64,000 nucleotides of DNA from an uncultured Bacteroidales bacterium (GTDB lineage: Bacteria > Bacteroidota > Bacteroidia > Bacteroidales > UBA10428), in contig CAWDBX010000011.1 of assembly GCA_963800645.1 (NCBI GenBank), positions 139,503-203,502 on the forward strand, given 5' to 3'. The position numbers were made by a program, and so were the translations under genes. This document shows, piece after piece, positions 10,962 through 20,891 of the stretch (its first letter is position 1; each line of letters begins with the position of its first letter). The notes under the pieces are model-generated. The model was not told the origin of the DNA, made no database searches, and saw only the letters and a list, made by a program, of their open reading frames with translations.

Positions 10962-12092
10962 ATGAAATTCGAAGTACTGCATAAGGACCTTTCATCCGGC
11001 GCACGCTCAGCCAAGCTGGTCACTCCCCACGGGGAGATTGAAACACCTGTTTTTATGCCGGTAGGAACTGCCGGAACCGTGAAAGCCGTTCATCAGAGGG
11101 AACTTTCGGAAGATCTCAGGGCTACCATTATCCTGGGCAATACTTACCACCTTTATTTACGGCCCGGAACTGAGATCATCAGACAGGCAGGAGGATTGCA
11201 TAATTTCATGAACTGGCAGCGGCCCATATTGACCGATAGCGGTGGTTATCAGGTATTTTCATTGTCGGGTATGCGTAAACTTACCCAGGAGGGGGCTCTT
11301 TTCAGCTCACACATTGATGGTTCAAAACACCTGTTTACTCCGGAGAAAATAGTGGATATTCAGCGAATCATCGGCGCCGATATCATGATGGCGCTGGATG
11401 AATGTACTCCCTATCCCAGTGATCATAAAAGCGCAAAAAAGTCGATCGACCTTACACACCAGTGGCTTGAACGAGGTTTCAGACATTATCAGGCCACAGA
11501 ACCGCTCTATGGTCATGAGCAATCTTATTTTCCGATTGTACAGGGCAGTGTGTATAAAGATCTGCGGACGGCATCGGCAAATGAGATCTGTTCCTATCCG
11601 GCCGACGGTTTTGCCATTGGCGGATTGTCAGTGGGTGAGCCGGAGGAAATGATGTATGAAATGACAGCCATCGTAACCGGTATCCTTCCTGCTGATAAAC
11701 CGAGGTACCTGATGGGTGTCGGATCACCGGTAAATTTGCTGGAGTCCATTGCGCTCGGGATTGATATGTTCGACTGTGTAATGCCGACCAGAAACGGCAG
11801 AAATGGTACGCTTTTCACACGGAAGGGAATCATGAATATGCGGAACAATAAATGGAAAGATGATTTCACCATGCTGGAACCCGAAAGCAACTGTTTTGTT
11901 GATCAGCAGTATTCAAAGGCCTATCTCCGACATCTGATTATTTCCAAAGAAATTCTTGGCGCACAAATCGCATCTCTTCATAATTTAAGTTTTTATCTTT
12001 GGCTGATGGAGGAGGCAAGGAGCAAGATCAGGGAAGGTAATTTCGGAGACTGGAAAAGGATGATGGTCAAACAATTATCGGAAAGATTATGA
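10962..12092 (+). CDS. tgt: tRNA-guanine transglycosylase
   Basis: TPVFMPVGT, NTYHLYLRPG, TDSGGYQVFSL, DMFDCVMPTRNGRNG. Confidence 0.97.
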   Translation: MKFEVLHKDLSSGARSAKLVTPHGEIETPVFMPVGTAGTVKAVHQRELSEDLRATIILGNTYHLYLRPGTEIIRQAGGLHNFMNWQRPILTDSGGYQVFSLSGMRKLTQEGALFSSHIDGSKHLFTPEKIVDIQRIIGADIMMALDECTPYPSDHKSAKKSIDLTHQWLERGFRHYQATEPLYGHEQSYFPIVQGSVYKDLRTASANEICSYPADGFAIGGLSVGEPEEMMYEMTAIVTGILPADKPRYLMGVGSPVNLLESIALGIDMFDCVMPTRNGRNGTLFTRKGIMNMRNNKWKDDFTMLEPESNCFVDQQYSKAYLRHLIISKEILGAQIASLHNLSFYLWLMEEARSKIREGNFGDWKRMMVKQLSERL

Positions 12093-13183
12093 AGAAGCCC
12101 GAATTACAGTTGTTGGACTGGTATATTATCAAGAAATTTCTCGGTACTTTTTTCTTTACCATTGCCCTTATTGTGGCCATTGCTGTTGTTTTTGATTTCT
12201 CGGAAAAAATTGATGATTTTCTTGAAAACAACGCCCCTTTTAAGAAAATCATATTTGAATACTACCTCAATTTTATACCCTATTTTGCTGTTCTGTTCAG
12301 TCCGTTATTTACATTTATCGCGGTAATTTACTTTACCTCCCGTATGGCATACAACACGGAGCTCATTGCCATTTTGAGCAGCGGGGTTAGTTTTAACCGG
12401 CTGCTTGTACCCTATTTCATTTCCGCCTTTGCTCTTACCCTGTTTGCTTTTTCGCTCAATAACTTTGTTATTCCCCATGCCAACGCACGCAAACTGGCTT
12501 TTGAGGAAAGCTATTATCATAATTCGCCAAAAGTCGTGCGGGAAAGGAATATTCATAAACAGATTGAACCAGGTATTTACGTGTACCTTGAGAATTTCAA
12601 CACCATGAATAACAGCGGCAGAATGTTTTCCATGGAAAAATTTGAAAACGGCAAATTGCAGTCCAAACTTTTTGCTGATGCCATCAGCTGGGATTCTACC
12701 AAAAACAAATGGCATCTCCGCAATTATTATATCCGCAATTTCGAAGAGGAGTCACAGATCCTTATTAAAGGCAAGGAAATAGACACCACCATATCCCTGA
12801 GTCCGGAGGAATTCAGGCGCAGGGATAATGCCATTGAAGCCATGAATCTTGGTGAGTTGAACAGGTTCATCAAAGAACAAAAGTTGCAGGGCGCTTCTGA
12901 CATCGACACCATTCTGATCGAGAAGCACCGGCGATTTTCATTTCCATTTTCTGCATTTATTTTAACGCTCATTGGGGTCTCTGTATCCTCAAAAAAGGTG
13001 AAGGGGGGAATTGGTATGCAATTGGGGATTGGATTACTGATCAGTTTTTCCTACATAGTTTTCATGCAGTTTTCTTCACAGTTTGCCATCAGTGGGGCAT
13101 TCAGTCCCTTTATAGCCGTCTGGATACCCAATCTCTTATTTGCCATCATTGCTTTTTTTCTTTATCGGCTGGCTCCCAAATAG
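12089..13183 (+). CDS. LptF/LptG family LPS export permease
   Basis: Six-TM layout with periplasmic domain, ELIAILSSGVS motif; position after tgt is usual in Bacteroidota. Confidence 0.88.
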   Translation: MKKPELQLLDWYIIKKFLGTFFFTIALIVAIAVVFDFSEKIDDFLENNAPFKKIIFEYYLNFIPYFAVLFSPLFTFIAVIYFTSRMAYNTELIAILSSGVSFNRLLVPYFISAFALTLFAFSLNNFVIPHANARKLAFEESYYHNSPKVVRERNIHKQIEPGIYVYLENFNTMNNSGRMFSMEKFENGKLQSKLFADAISWDSTKNKWHLRNYYIRNFEEESQILIKGKEIDTTISLSPEEFRRRDNAIEAMNLGELNRFIKEQKLQGASDIDTILIEKHRRFSFPFSAFILTLIGVSVSSKKVKGGIGMQLGIGLLISFSYIVFMQFSSQFAISGAFSPFIAVWIPNLLFAIIAFFLYRLAPK

Positions 13184-13273
13184 ATCAGTTGAGATAAAAA
13201 AGGTTGTGTCAAGGATAATTTGCTTTTGATTAATTTGACCTTATATTTGTGGCCTTCAATAAAACAATCTATC

Positions 13274-14818
13274 ATGGCACTTAAAAAACACATTCAGGAA
13301 CTTCAGAAACGTCGTGAAGAGGTTCAGATGGGCGGTGGCGAAAAAGCCATTGAAAAACAGGAAGCCATGGGCAAAATGACAGCCCGTAATCGCATCCATG
13401 CCCTTCTTGACAATAATTCATTCCAGGAGTACGACATGTTTGTACAGCATGAGGCCAGGGACTTTGATATGGCAAAAAAAGTATTGCACGGTGATGGTGT
13501 GGTCATCGGAACCGGAACGATTTCGGGTCAACCTGTATGTATTTTTGCCCAGGATTTTACAGTAGCCGGCGGATCGCTTGGCCTTATGCATTCGCGTAAG
13601 ATCGTTAAGATTATGGAACATGCCCTTAAAATGAAGGTGCCTCTGATCGGTATCAATGATTCAGGAGGCGCACGCATACAGGAAGGCGTTAATTCACTGG
13701 CGGGCTACGGTGAAATATTCTTCAGAAATACCCTGAATTCAGGTGTCATACCGCAGATTTCGGTAATTCTTGGCCCCTGTGCCGGAGGTGCGGTGTATTC
13801 GCCCGCACTTACAGATTATGTATTTGTGGTGGAAAACATTTCAAAAATGTTTATTACGGGCCCGGAAGTTATCAAAACCGTGCTGGGTGAAGAAATATCC
13901 ATGGAGGACCTTGGTGGAGCCCGCGTACACAGCGAAATTACAGGCAATGCCCATTTCTACGCCGAAACTGAACACAAGTGCTTTGAACAGATTAAGAAAC
14001 TGTTATCGTTAATACCGGCCAATAATGACCGGAAAGCTGTCAGAAATAACTCCAAACCTCCAAAATCGACCTACCGGATCGGAGAAATCGTCCCGGATGA
14101 TCCGTCAATGCCCTATGATGTGCGCGATGTGATCCGCTCCGTTGTGGATGATTCCGATTTTTTTGAAATTCAGGAAAACTGGGCCGCGAACCTGGTCATT
14201 GGTTTTGGAAGAATGAACGGAGATACCTGTGGATTCGTATGCAACCAGCCTTTGGTACTGGCCGGTGTTCTGGATGTGGATTCATCCGATAAAGCAGCAC
14301 GTTTTATCAGGTATTGCGATGCCTTCAATATCCCGATTATCACCCTGGTGGATCTTCCCGGATATCTTCCCGGTGTTGACCAGGAGCATGCCGGAGTGAT
14401 TCGTCATGGTGCAAAAATATTGTATGCCTACAGTGAGGCTACCGTACCTAAACTAACAGTGATCCTCAGAAAAGCCTATGGCGGAGGTTATATTGCCATG
14501 GGTTCGCGTCACCTTCGTGCTGATTTTGTTTTTGCCTGGCCTACCGCTGAGGTAGCCGTGATGGGACCCGAAGGAGCAGCTAACATCATCTTCCGCAAGG
14601 AGATCATGGAAGCTGAAAATCCCGAAGAAATGCGTCAGCAAAAAGTAAGGGAATATAAGGAGAAATTCGCAAATCCTTACGTGGCAGCCTCCAGGGGTTA
14701 TATCGATTCGGTAATCGCGCCTGAAGAAACCCGGAATATCCTGCTTCATGCTATTGAAGTGTCCGGACAAAAGGCAGTAAGTCTTCCCCGAAAAAAACAT
14801 GGAATACCACCCTTTTAA
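13274..14818 (+). CDS. Acyl-CoA carboxylase / methylmalonyl-CoA decarboxylase carboxyltransferase subunit
   Basis: QDFTVAGGSLG, DSGGARIQEG, GPCAGGAVYSPA, KKHGIPP; TATATTTG box at 13242-13249 supports the ATG at 13274. Confidence 0.93.
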   Translation: MALKKHIQELQKRREEVQMGGGEKAIEKQEAMGKMTARNRIHALLDNNSFQEYDMFVQHEARDFDMAKKVLHGDGVVIGTGTISGQPVCIFAQDFTVAGGSLGLMHSRKIVKIMEHALKMKVPLIGINDSGGARIQEGVNSLAGYGEIFFRNTLNSGVIPQISVILGPCAGGAVYSPALTDYVFVVENISKMFITGPEVIKTVLGEEISMEDLGGARVHSEITGNAHFYAETEHKCFEQIKKLLSLIPANNDRKAVRNNSKPPKSTYRIGEIVPDDPSMPYDVRDVIRSVVDDSDFFEIQENWAANLVIGFGRMNGDTCGFVCNQPLVLAGVLDVDSSDKAARFIRYCDAFNIPIITLVDLPGYLPGVDQEHAGVIRHGAKILYAYSEATVPKLTVILRKAYGGGYIAMGSRHLRADFVFAWPTAEVAVMGPEGAANIIFRKEIMEAENPEEMRQQKVREYKEKFANPYVAASRGYIDSVIAPEETRNILLHAIEVSGQKAVSLPRKKHGIPPF

Positions 14819-14829
14819 TAAGAAGCCAA

Positions 14830-15171
14830 ATGAAAGAAAAAGTGCAGCAAACTCAACGTGAGGCGCCTGAATTTAAAGAACTTGTTATTCAGGGGGATAC
14901 TTATTTAACATTGTTTACCAAAAAATACCTGGGCAGGCAGAACTGGATCAAGCCTGATCCCAAGAAGGTAATCTCTTTCATACCGGGTACCATTCGGAAG
15001 GTCTTGGTAAAGCAGGGTGATAGTGTCAAGGCAGAGGAAAAACTTCTCATCCTGGAAGCCATGAAGATGATGAACACCATTTATTCACCCCTGACCGGTA
15101 AAATAAAATCGGTGCTGGTAAAGGAAGGCGACCGGTTGCCCAAGGGTACGGTAATGATTGAATTTGAATGA
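14830..15171 (+). CDS. Biotin carboxyl carrier protein
   Basis: EAMKM biotinylation motif. Confidence 0.92.
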   Translation: MKEKVQQTQREAPEFKELVIQGDTYLTLFTKKYLGRQNWIKPDPKKVISFIPGTIRKVLVKQGDSVKAEEKLLILEAMKMMNTIYSPLTGKIKSVLVKEGDRLPKGTVMIEFE

Positions 15172-15999
15172 TTAAACCGTAGTTCCCGACCAGCAAAAGA
15201 AATCGGGAAACCAGGCCTGCAAATCCGCTGTCTTTTCTTTAAATAGCCCGTAAACCGAGGATCCGCTACCCGACATAGCGGCATATACGGCCCCCAGTTG
15301 GTACAATTTATTCTTAATCTCTCCAATAACGGGGTGGAGTTTGATTACACTGTCCTCAAAATCGTTAAATATGCAGTTCCTCCATTCGTCGATGGGTAGT
15401 GCGATCAACTCTTCCAATGACCTTTTTGGCAATCCTGGCCGGACGCCGGAATAGGCGCTGGCTGTATCCACGTGTATGCCGGGATTGATCACCATAATCT
15501 CCGTTATGGCCTGTAACGCCGGAATTTCCTTAAACCGGTTACCTCTTTCATAACCGAAAAGCGGCCTGTTCTTAATGAAAAAAGAACAATCACTGCCCAG
15601 TCCGGAAGCATAATCGCATAACTGGTCTTCATTCAGATGCAGGTCGAACTGTGTATTGAGGCTTTTCAGCATAAAGGCGGCATCGGAAGAACCACCACCG
15701 AGACCTGCTCCCAAAGGGATGATTTTATGAAGATGGATGTCAATGGCCGGCAGGTTATAAATGCCTGCAAGCAAACGATAGGCTTTTATGCACAGGTTGT
15801 TCTCCCGGGGTCCGTCAACCTGTATTCCGGTTGCCGTAAAGGTATGGTTCCCGGCGGGTATGCCGGGCAAAGGAACAAATTCAAGGATATCTGAGAGCCC
15901 GATCGGATAAAACACCGTTTCGATATTGTGGTATCCGTCGGATCGTTTGTTGATTACATTTAATCCAATGTTTATCTTGGCGTTGGGAAAGCAGAGCAT
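15172..15999 (-). CDS. ispE: 4-diphosphocytidyl-2-C-methyl-D-erythritol kinase
   Basis: PNAKINIGL, GYHNIET, GAGLGGGSSDAA, MSGSGS. Confidence 0.95.
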   Translation of the reverse strand: MLCFPNAKINIGLNVINKRSDGYHNIETVFYPIGLSDILEFVPLPGIPAGNHTFTATGIQVDGPRENNLCIKAYRLLAGIYNLPAIDIHLHKIIPLGAGLGGGSSDAAFMLKSLNTQFDLHLNEDQLCDYASGLGSDCSFFIKNRPLFGYERGNRFKEIPALQAITEIMVINPGIHVDTASAYSGVRPGLPKRSLEELIALPIDEWRNCIFNDFEDSVIKLHPVIGEIKNKLYQLGAVYAAMSGSGSSVYGLFKEKTADLQAWFPDFFCWSGTTV

Positions 16000-16214
16000 A
16001 AGTGCAGGCGATTTTTTTTAATGAACCTGTAAAATATAAGGAAATAACATCAATCCAACCTGATTCCCGATGAATTATTTTATCAACAAAAATAAGCACC
16101 CTGGTTTGTAAAGTGTTTATAAACAAAGCAGCGGTTAGTTGTTTATTGGGCTTATCAATGCCTAATTTTGAAAGCCTGAAACAGCAATGACCAATGTTTT
16201 AATAATCCATTCAT

Positions 16215-17748
16215 ATGGCTCAAAAGAGAAATCAAACTTCAAATTCTTCCATAGTCCCGGTCGGTATTGATCTGGGTAAATTACCACCGCAGGCTATTGA
16301 TCTGGAAGAAGCGGTTTTAGGCGCCATTATGCTTGAGAAAGATGCTATACTTCAGGTGATTGATATCTTAAAGCCGGAAAGCTTTTATAAAGATGAGCAT
16401 CAGAAAGTTTTTCAGGCTATCGTTGATCTGACGTCTGCCAATAAGGCCATTGATCTTCTGACGGTTACCGAAGAGCTCAGAAAGAAAAAGCAGCTGGATG
16501 AAATTGGCGGTCCGGTTTATATCACTCAGCTTACCTCACGGGTGGCATCTGCCGCACATGTTGAGTTTCATGCCCGTATTGTAGCGCAAAAACATATTCA
16601 GCGTGAACTGATCAGGGTTTCTTCTGAAATTCAAACCAGGGCATTTGATGAAAGTACCGATGTGGATGATTTGCTTGATTTTTCAGAAGCTGAACTATTC
16701 AATATCGCACAGGGCAATATTAAAAAGGAATCCCAGAAGGTTAATGTGCTGATCAAGGAAGCCATTATGCAGATGGAAGAGGCCAGCAAACGTGCTGATA
16801 GCCTGATTGGAATACCCTCGGGTTTCACCAAACTTGACCGGATGACCAACGGATGGCAAAATTCCGATCTGGTAATCATTGCTGCACGCCCATCCATGGG
16901 TAAAACAGCATTCGTTCTTTCCATGGCCCGAAACATGGCGGTGGAACACAACCGGGCAGTAGCGATCTTCTCCCTTGAAATGGCATCACTGCAATTGGTG
17001 AACCGGCTTATTGTTTCGGAAACCGAACTTGCCATCCAACCGGATACGGAATGGAAAACTGGCTGATTTCGAATGGGAGCAGCTCGATTATAAAATCAAG
17101 AAACTGGTGGATGCCCCCATCTTTATTGATGATACACCGGCCATTTCAATCTTTGAGCTGAGAGCCAAGGCACGCCGGTTGAAAAGGCAACACAATATGG
17201 ATATCCTGATCATCGATTACCTGCAGCTTATGTCTGGCACACCCGATACCCGCGGTAACCGTGAGCAGGAAGTCAGCACAATATCCAGGGCCCTCAAAGG
17301 AATTGCCAAAGAACTCGACATTCCGGTGATTGCCCTTTCACAGTTAAACCGTTCGGTGGAAATACGTTCAGGTACCAAACGTCCCCAATTATCGGACCTC
17401 CGTGAATCAGGAGCGATTGAACAGGATGCTGATATGGTTATTTTCATTCACCGGCCTGAAAAATACGGGCTGATGGAGGATGAAAACGGAAATTCGTTAC
17501 GGGGCCTGGCAGAGATCATCCTGGCCAAACACCGGAATGGTCCCATAGGCGATATATTTCTTAAATTTAAGGATGAATTTGCCAAATTCACTGAATTGGA
17601 GGAAACCTACCTGGCACCATTGGCCGATGTTGAATTACAGCCTGTTGCTGTAACCCGGGGTTCTAAGATGAACAAAAACATCATTGGGGACGAATTCAGC
17701 AAGAATGATCCTGCCGGAATCGACTATAGCGATGAGGTTCCTTTCTGA
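16215..17748 (+). CDS. dnaB: Replicative DNA helicase DnaB (one indel near 17030)
   Basis: LPPQAIDLEEAVLGA, AARPSMGKT, IDYLQLM, LSDLRESGAIEQDAD across two overlapping ORFs. Confidence 0.96.
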
Positions 17749-17774
17749 TTTGTCCGAAACCTGGTCCTTTAGCA

Positions 17775-20009
17775 TTATTTGAGTTCCCCGGGCTTAAGGT
17801 CGAAAAAGGTATATCCCGGCAGATTTCCAACCCTGATGTACCTTCGTGACAGGATTGGCTGTGAAGTTCCTTCCGGAGTAAACTCACTTACCAACAGATA
17901 CCCGCCCGGCTGATCAGGTAATGTTAGATTTGCAGGGATTACTGAGGTTATCATGGGAACAAGCTCCACATCGAAAAGATTTCCGGCTACTGATCTTCCC
18001 CTGGCATCCAGTAAACTGATTTTCACTTTTCCGAAAACCTTGTCCGGATTATTATTCACTGCCGCCAGGCTGAACATCAGGGCTGACCCCGGCAAATGGG
18101 GGAGCATTTGTTGCATGTACCGTTCATCTGTAAGATTGAGGAACACCGCAGCGGGAGCAAAACAATGCCGAAACCAGAACATGGTTGGACCCGGTTTCAA
18201 GTCTTTGATATCATCAATAAACCAGTCTCCCGTGTACCCGTAATTGTTTGCCAGATAGCAAAATGCCAATACACCGGCAATACTAGGATTACTTCGCAAC
18301 CATTCTGTTTCAAGCTGCAGCCAGTATGCCTGTAATTCCCGGTTCTGTTCAGGAGTAGCGTTGGATCCAAGATAATAATTGTACACATCAATGGTAAGTT
18401 TACTGGGCGTGCCGTTACGCCAAAGCCAAATCCAACCGTATTCATTTACCAGCTGGGCCGACGTCGATTTCTCGATCTGCCGGATGATTTCTGGTTTATA
18501 ATCGAGGTTTCCCAAGGGGTAAGGATTTTTCTCAAATTCACTGATTTGCTGGTTCCAGGGTCCCTGGTATGGATGAGGTTCGTCCATCTCGTCCAGCGCC
18601 ATCTGTTCTCCGGTCATGTAACCGGCATCCCACACCCGGGTTGGATCCAGTTTTTTTAACTCCGGGATCAGGGTATTGCCAATATAATCGTCCCGGTTTT
18701 CGTTGATGGCATCCCAAATAACAATGCTCGGATGACTCCCGTCACTCCAAACCCAGTCGGTATATTCTTTACGGATCTGTTCGTCCCAACCATGATTTTG
18801 CCAGTAGAGCCATTCGTTCTGGAATAGTAATCCGTATTCATCCGCTAAATCATACCAGAAGTCAGGCACAATTCCCACGCAGATCCGCATGGTATTCCAA
18901 TTGAGCTGCTTCGGGTAGTCGATCAGTAATTTTTTTACCCAGTCCTTGTTCCATACCAGGTCACGACTGTCCGGGTCTTCAAAGAACCGCTGCAGGGTGA
19001 CATTAGTACCTCTGAGATAATACTGCTTTCCGTTCAGGTAAAAGAATTTTCCTTTTTGTGTAAAATCACGCATGCCAAATGATCTGGAAAGCTGATCCAT
19101 TTTTTGATTGTTTTGTACAAGGGTAACTTCGGCAAGGTAGAGAAATGGATTTTCGGGTGACCACAGGATGCATTCATGCAATGGAATATCGATGGCGATC
19201 TCGGTAAGATTGTCGCGTTTGGTGACAATTTTTTTCGTGGTCCACATCACTACAGCTCCCGATTTTTTCTCCTTCAGCACAACCGACATTTGTATAGAAT
19301 CGTGCATTACATCCCCATAAAAAATCTGTGCTGGGTTGAAATTCCGGATCAATGCTTTTACGACAACACTATTTTCTGCCACGGATGGGAGAATGAGCAG
19401 CCTGTTGATCCGCATATCACCGGTAAACGACAATTGGACATCATCCCAGATACCGGGCAGGTAATGTTCCTTTTCTTTGTCGGTACCTCCTGCAGCCTCA
19501 CTTGGAAGCCATATACGATCACCGATCCGTATGAGAATCTCATTCCCGGCTCCGAATTTTATGGCCCCTGTAGCCCTGAATTCAACTGGTGTATTACAGG
19601 CCATGGATGTTCCAAGGTCGATGCCATTGATGAATACCTGTGTAACATACTGACTTTTTTTAAGGGTGATCACTGCTTCGTTCCCATCCAGGTCCCCTGG
19701 CACAAAAATGCTTTTCCGGTACCAGCTGTAACGGGGAGTATAATCAATATCATAAAGGCTGTGCTGATCTTTGGAAACCACCTGGCCCGGACGTCTGACA
19801 AATTTGTCATAATCCTCGATTTTTGGCTCTGCCAGGGTAATCAAACCCGGAACCTGAATTTTTCGGGTATACTTCTTCGGAGGAAAGGCATCCAGGGTCT
19901 GGTCGAATTCCCATGTTCCATTCAGGTCCAGGGTGGTTCGTGCCTCCTGTGCCGGGACAAACGGACTGATGAGCAACATAAGGATTATTGTCAGGAGTAT
20001 TGATTTCAT
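17775..20009 (-). CDS. Glycoside hydrolase family 2, secreted
   Basis: Signal peptide, LDLNGTWEF, WSPENPFLY, FGMR, HPSIVIWDAINE. Confidence 0.85.
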   Translation of the reverse strand: MKSILLTIILMLLISPFVPAQEARTTLDLNGTWEFDQTLDAFPPKKYTRKIQVPGLITLAEPKIEDYDKFVRRPGQVVSKDQHSLYDIDYTPRYSWYRKSIFVPGDLDGNEAVITLKKSQYVTQVFINGIDLGTSMACNTPVEFRATGAIKFGAGNEILIRIGDRIWLPSEAAGGTDKEKEHYLPGIWDDVQLSFTGDMRINRLLILPSVAENSVVVKALIRNFNPAQIFYGDVMHDSIQMSVVLKEKKSGAVVMWTTKKIVTKRDNLTEIAIDIPLHECILWSPENPFLYLAEVTLVQNNQKMDQLSRSFGMRDFTQKGKFFYLNGKQYYLRGTNVTLQRFFEDPDSRDLVWNKDWVKKLLIDYPKQLNWNTMRICVGIVPDFWYDLADEYGLLFQNEWLYWQNHGWDEQIRKEYTDWVWSDGSHPSIVIWDAINENRDDYIGNTLIPELKKLDPTRVWDAGYMTGEQMALDEMDEPHPYQGPWNQQISEFEKNPYPLGNLDYKPEIIRQIEKSTSAQLVNEYGWIWLWRNGTPSKLTIDVYNYYLGSNATPEQNRELQAYWLQLETEWLRSNPSIAGVLAFCYLANNYGYTGDWFIDDIKDLKPGPTMFWFRHCFAPAAVFLNLTDERYMQQMLPHLPGSALMFSLAAVNNNPDKVFGKVKISLLDARGRSVAGNLFDVELVPMITSVIPANLTLPDQPGGYLLVSEFTPEGTSQPILSRRYIRVGNLPGYTFFDLKPGELK

Positions 20010-20116
20010 ATCATTTGTCTTTTGAATCTTATATGGTGATATAAAGTTATGCATTATTCAGGGTGGTTTTTCCGGGAAAAATATTTTGATAAATTTGATG
20101 GAATAATCCCTTTACC

Positions 20117-20881
20117 ATGAATAGTAAAAAAAGCGTCATGATGATTTCCCTGCTGTTCTCGGGAATCCTGCTTTCTTCCATGGTGCTGGAGGCACGCACA
20201 TCGACCATAAGAGTGCTGGTGATTACTGGCGGACACGATTACGAGCATCTCTCGTTCATGGAAATGTTTGAAAGCATGTCTGGAACCATTTCCTTCAAAG
20301 TAGCCGAATTGCCCGAAGCTTTCACCCTGTTTCAGCCTGAACACCGGGATGAATATGATGTAATCGTTTTTTACCATATGTGGCAAACCATCACCAAGGA
20401 ACAGGAGTTGGGAATTTCGGACTGCATCCGGCAGGGGAAAGCGCTTGTTGTGTTGCATCACAGCATTTGTGCCTTTGATGACTGGGATGAATACAGGAGA
20501 ATCCTTGGCGGAAAATATTTTCACAGGTCAGACACGGTTAATGGTGAAATACTTCCGGCTTCTTCCTACACGCACGATGTTTCTGTAAACATCCAAATAA
20601 AAAGCATCAATCATCCTGTAACAAAAGGAATGGCTGATTTTGAACTTTGGGATGAAATCTATGATGATTTTTATGTGGAACCGGGAGTAACTCCACTACT
20701 TACAACGAACAACACAGGCAGTTCACCGATCATTGGCTGGACGAAGACTTACGGCAAGGCACGTGTGGTGGTCCTCCAGCCGGGGCATGATGCACCAACA
20801 TTCCGGAATCTCCAGTATAGAAAGCTTCTCAAGCAGGCGATTGAATGGGTTTATTTGGGGGGTAATCCCAATCAGCAATAA
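20117..20881 (+). CDS. ThuA-like (class I glutamine amidotransferase-like) domain protein
   Basis: VLVITGGHDY, HPVTKG, DEIY, YGKARVVVLQPGHD. Confidence 0.85.
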   Translation: MNSKKSVMMISLLFSGILLSSMVLEARTSTIRVLVITGGHDYEHLSFMEMFESMSGTISFKVAELPEAFTLFQPEHRDEYDVIVFYHMWQTITKEQELGISDCIRQGKALVVLHHSICAFDDWDEYRRILGGKYFHRSDTVNGEILPASSYTHDVSVNIQIKSINHPVTKGMADFELWDEIYDDFYVEPGVTPLLTTNNTGSSPIIGWTKTYGKARVVVLQPGHDAPTFRNLQYRKLLKQAIEWVYLGGNPNQQ

Positions 20882-20891
20882 AAACACTGTT

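Noticed and set aside
19176-20524. Long antisense ORFs (19176-20003, 20054-20524) and similar shadows elsewhere
   Set aside because: They lie opposite well-supported genes and have no recognisable motifs
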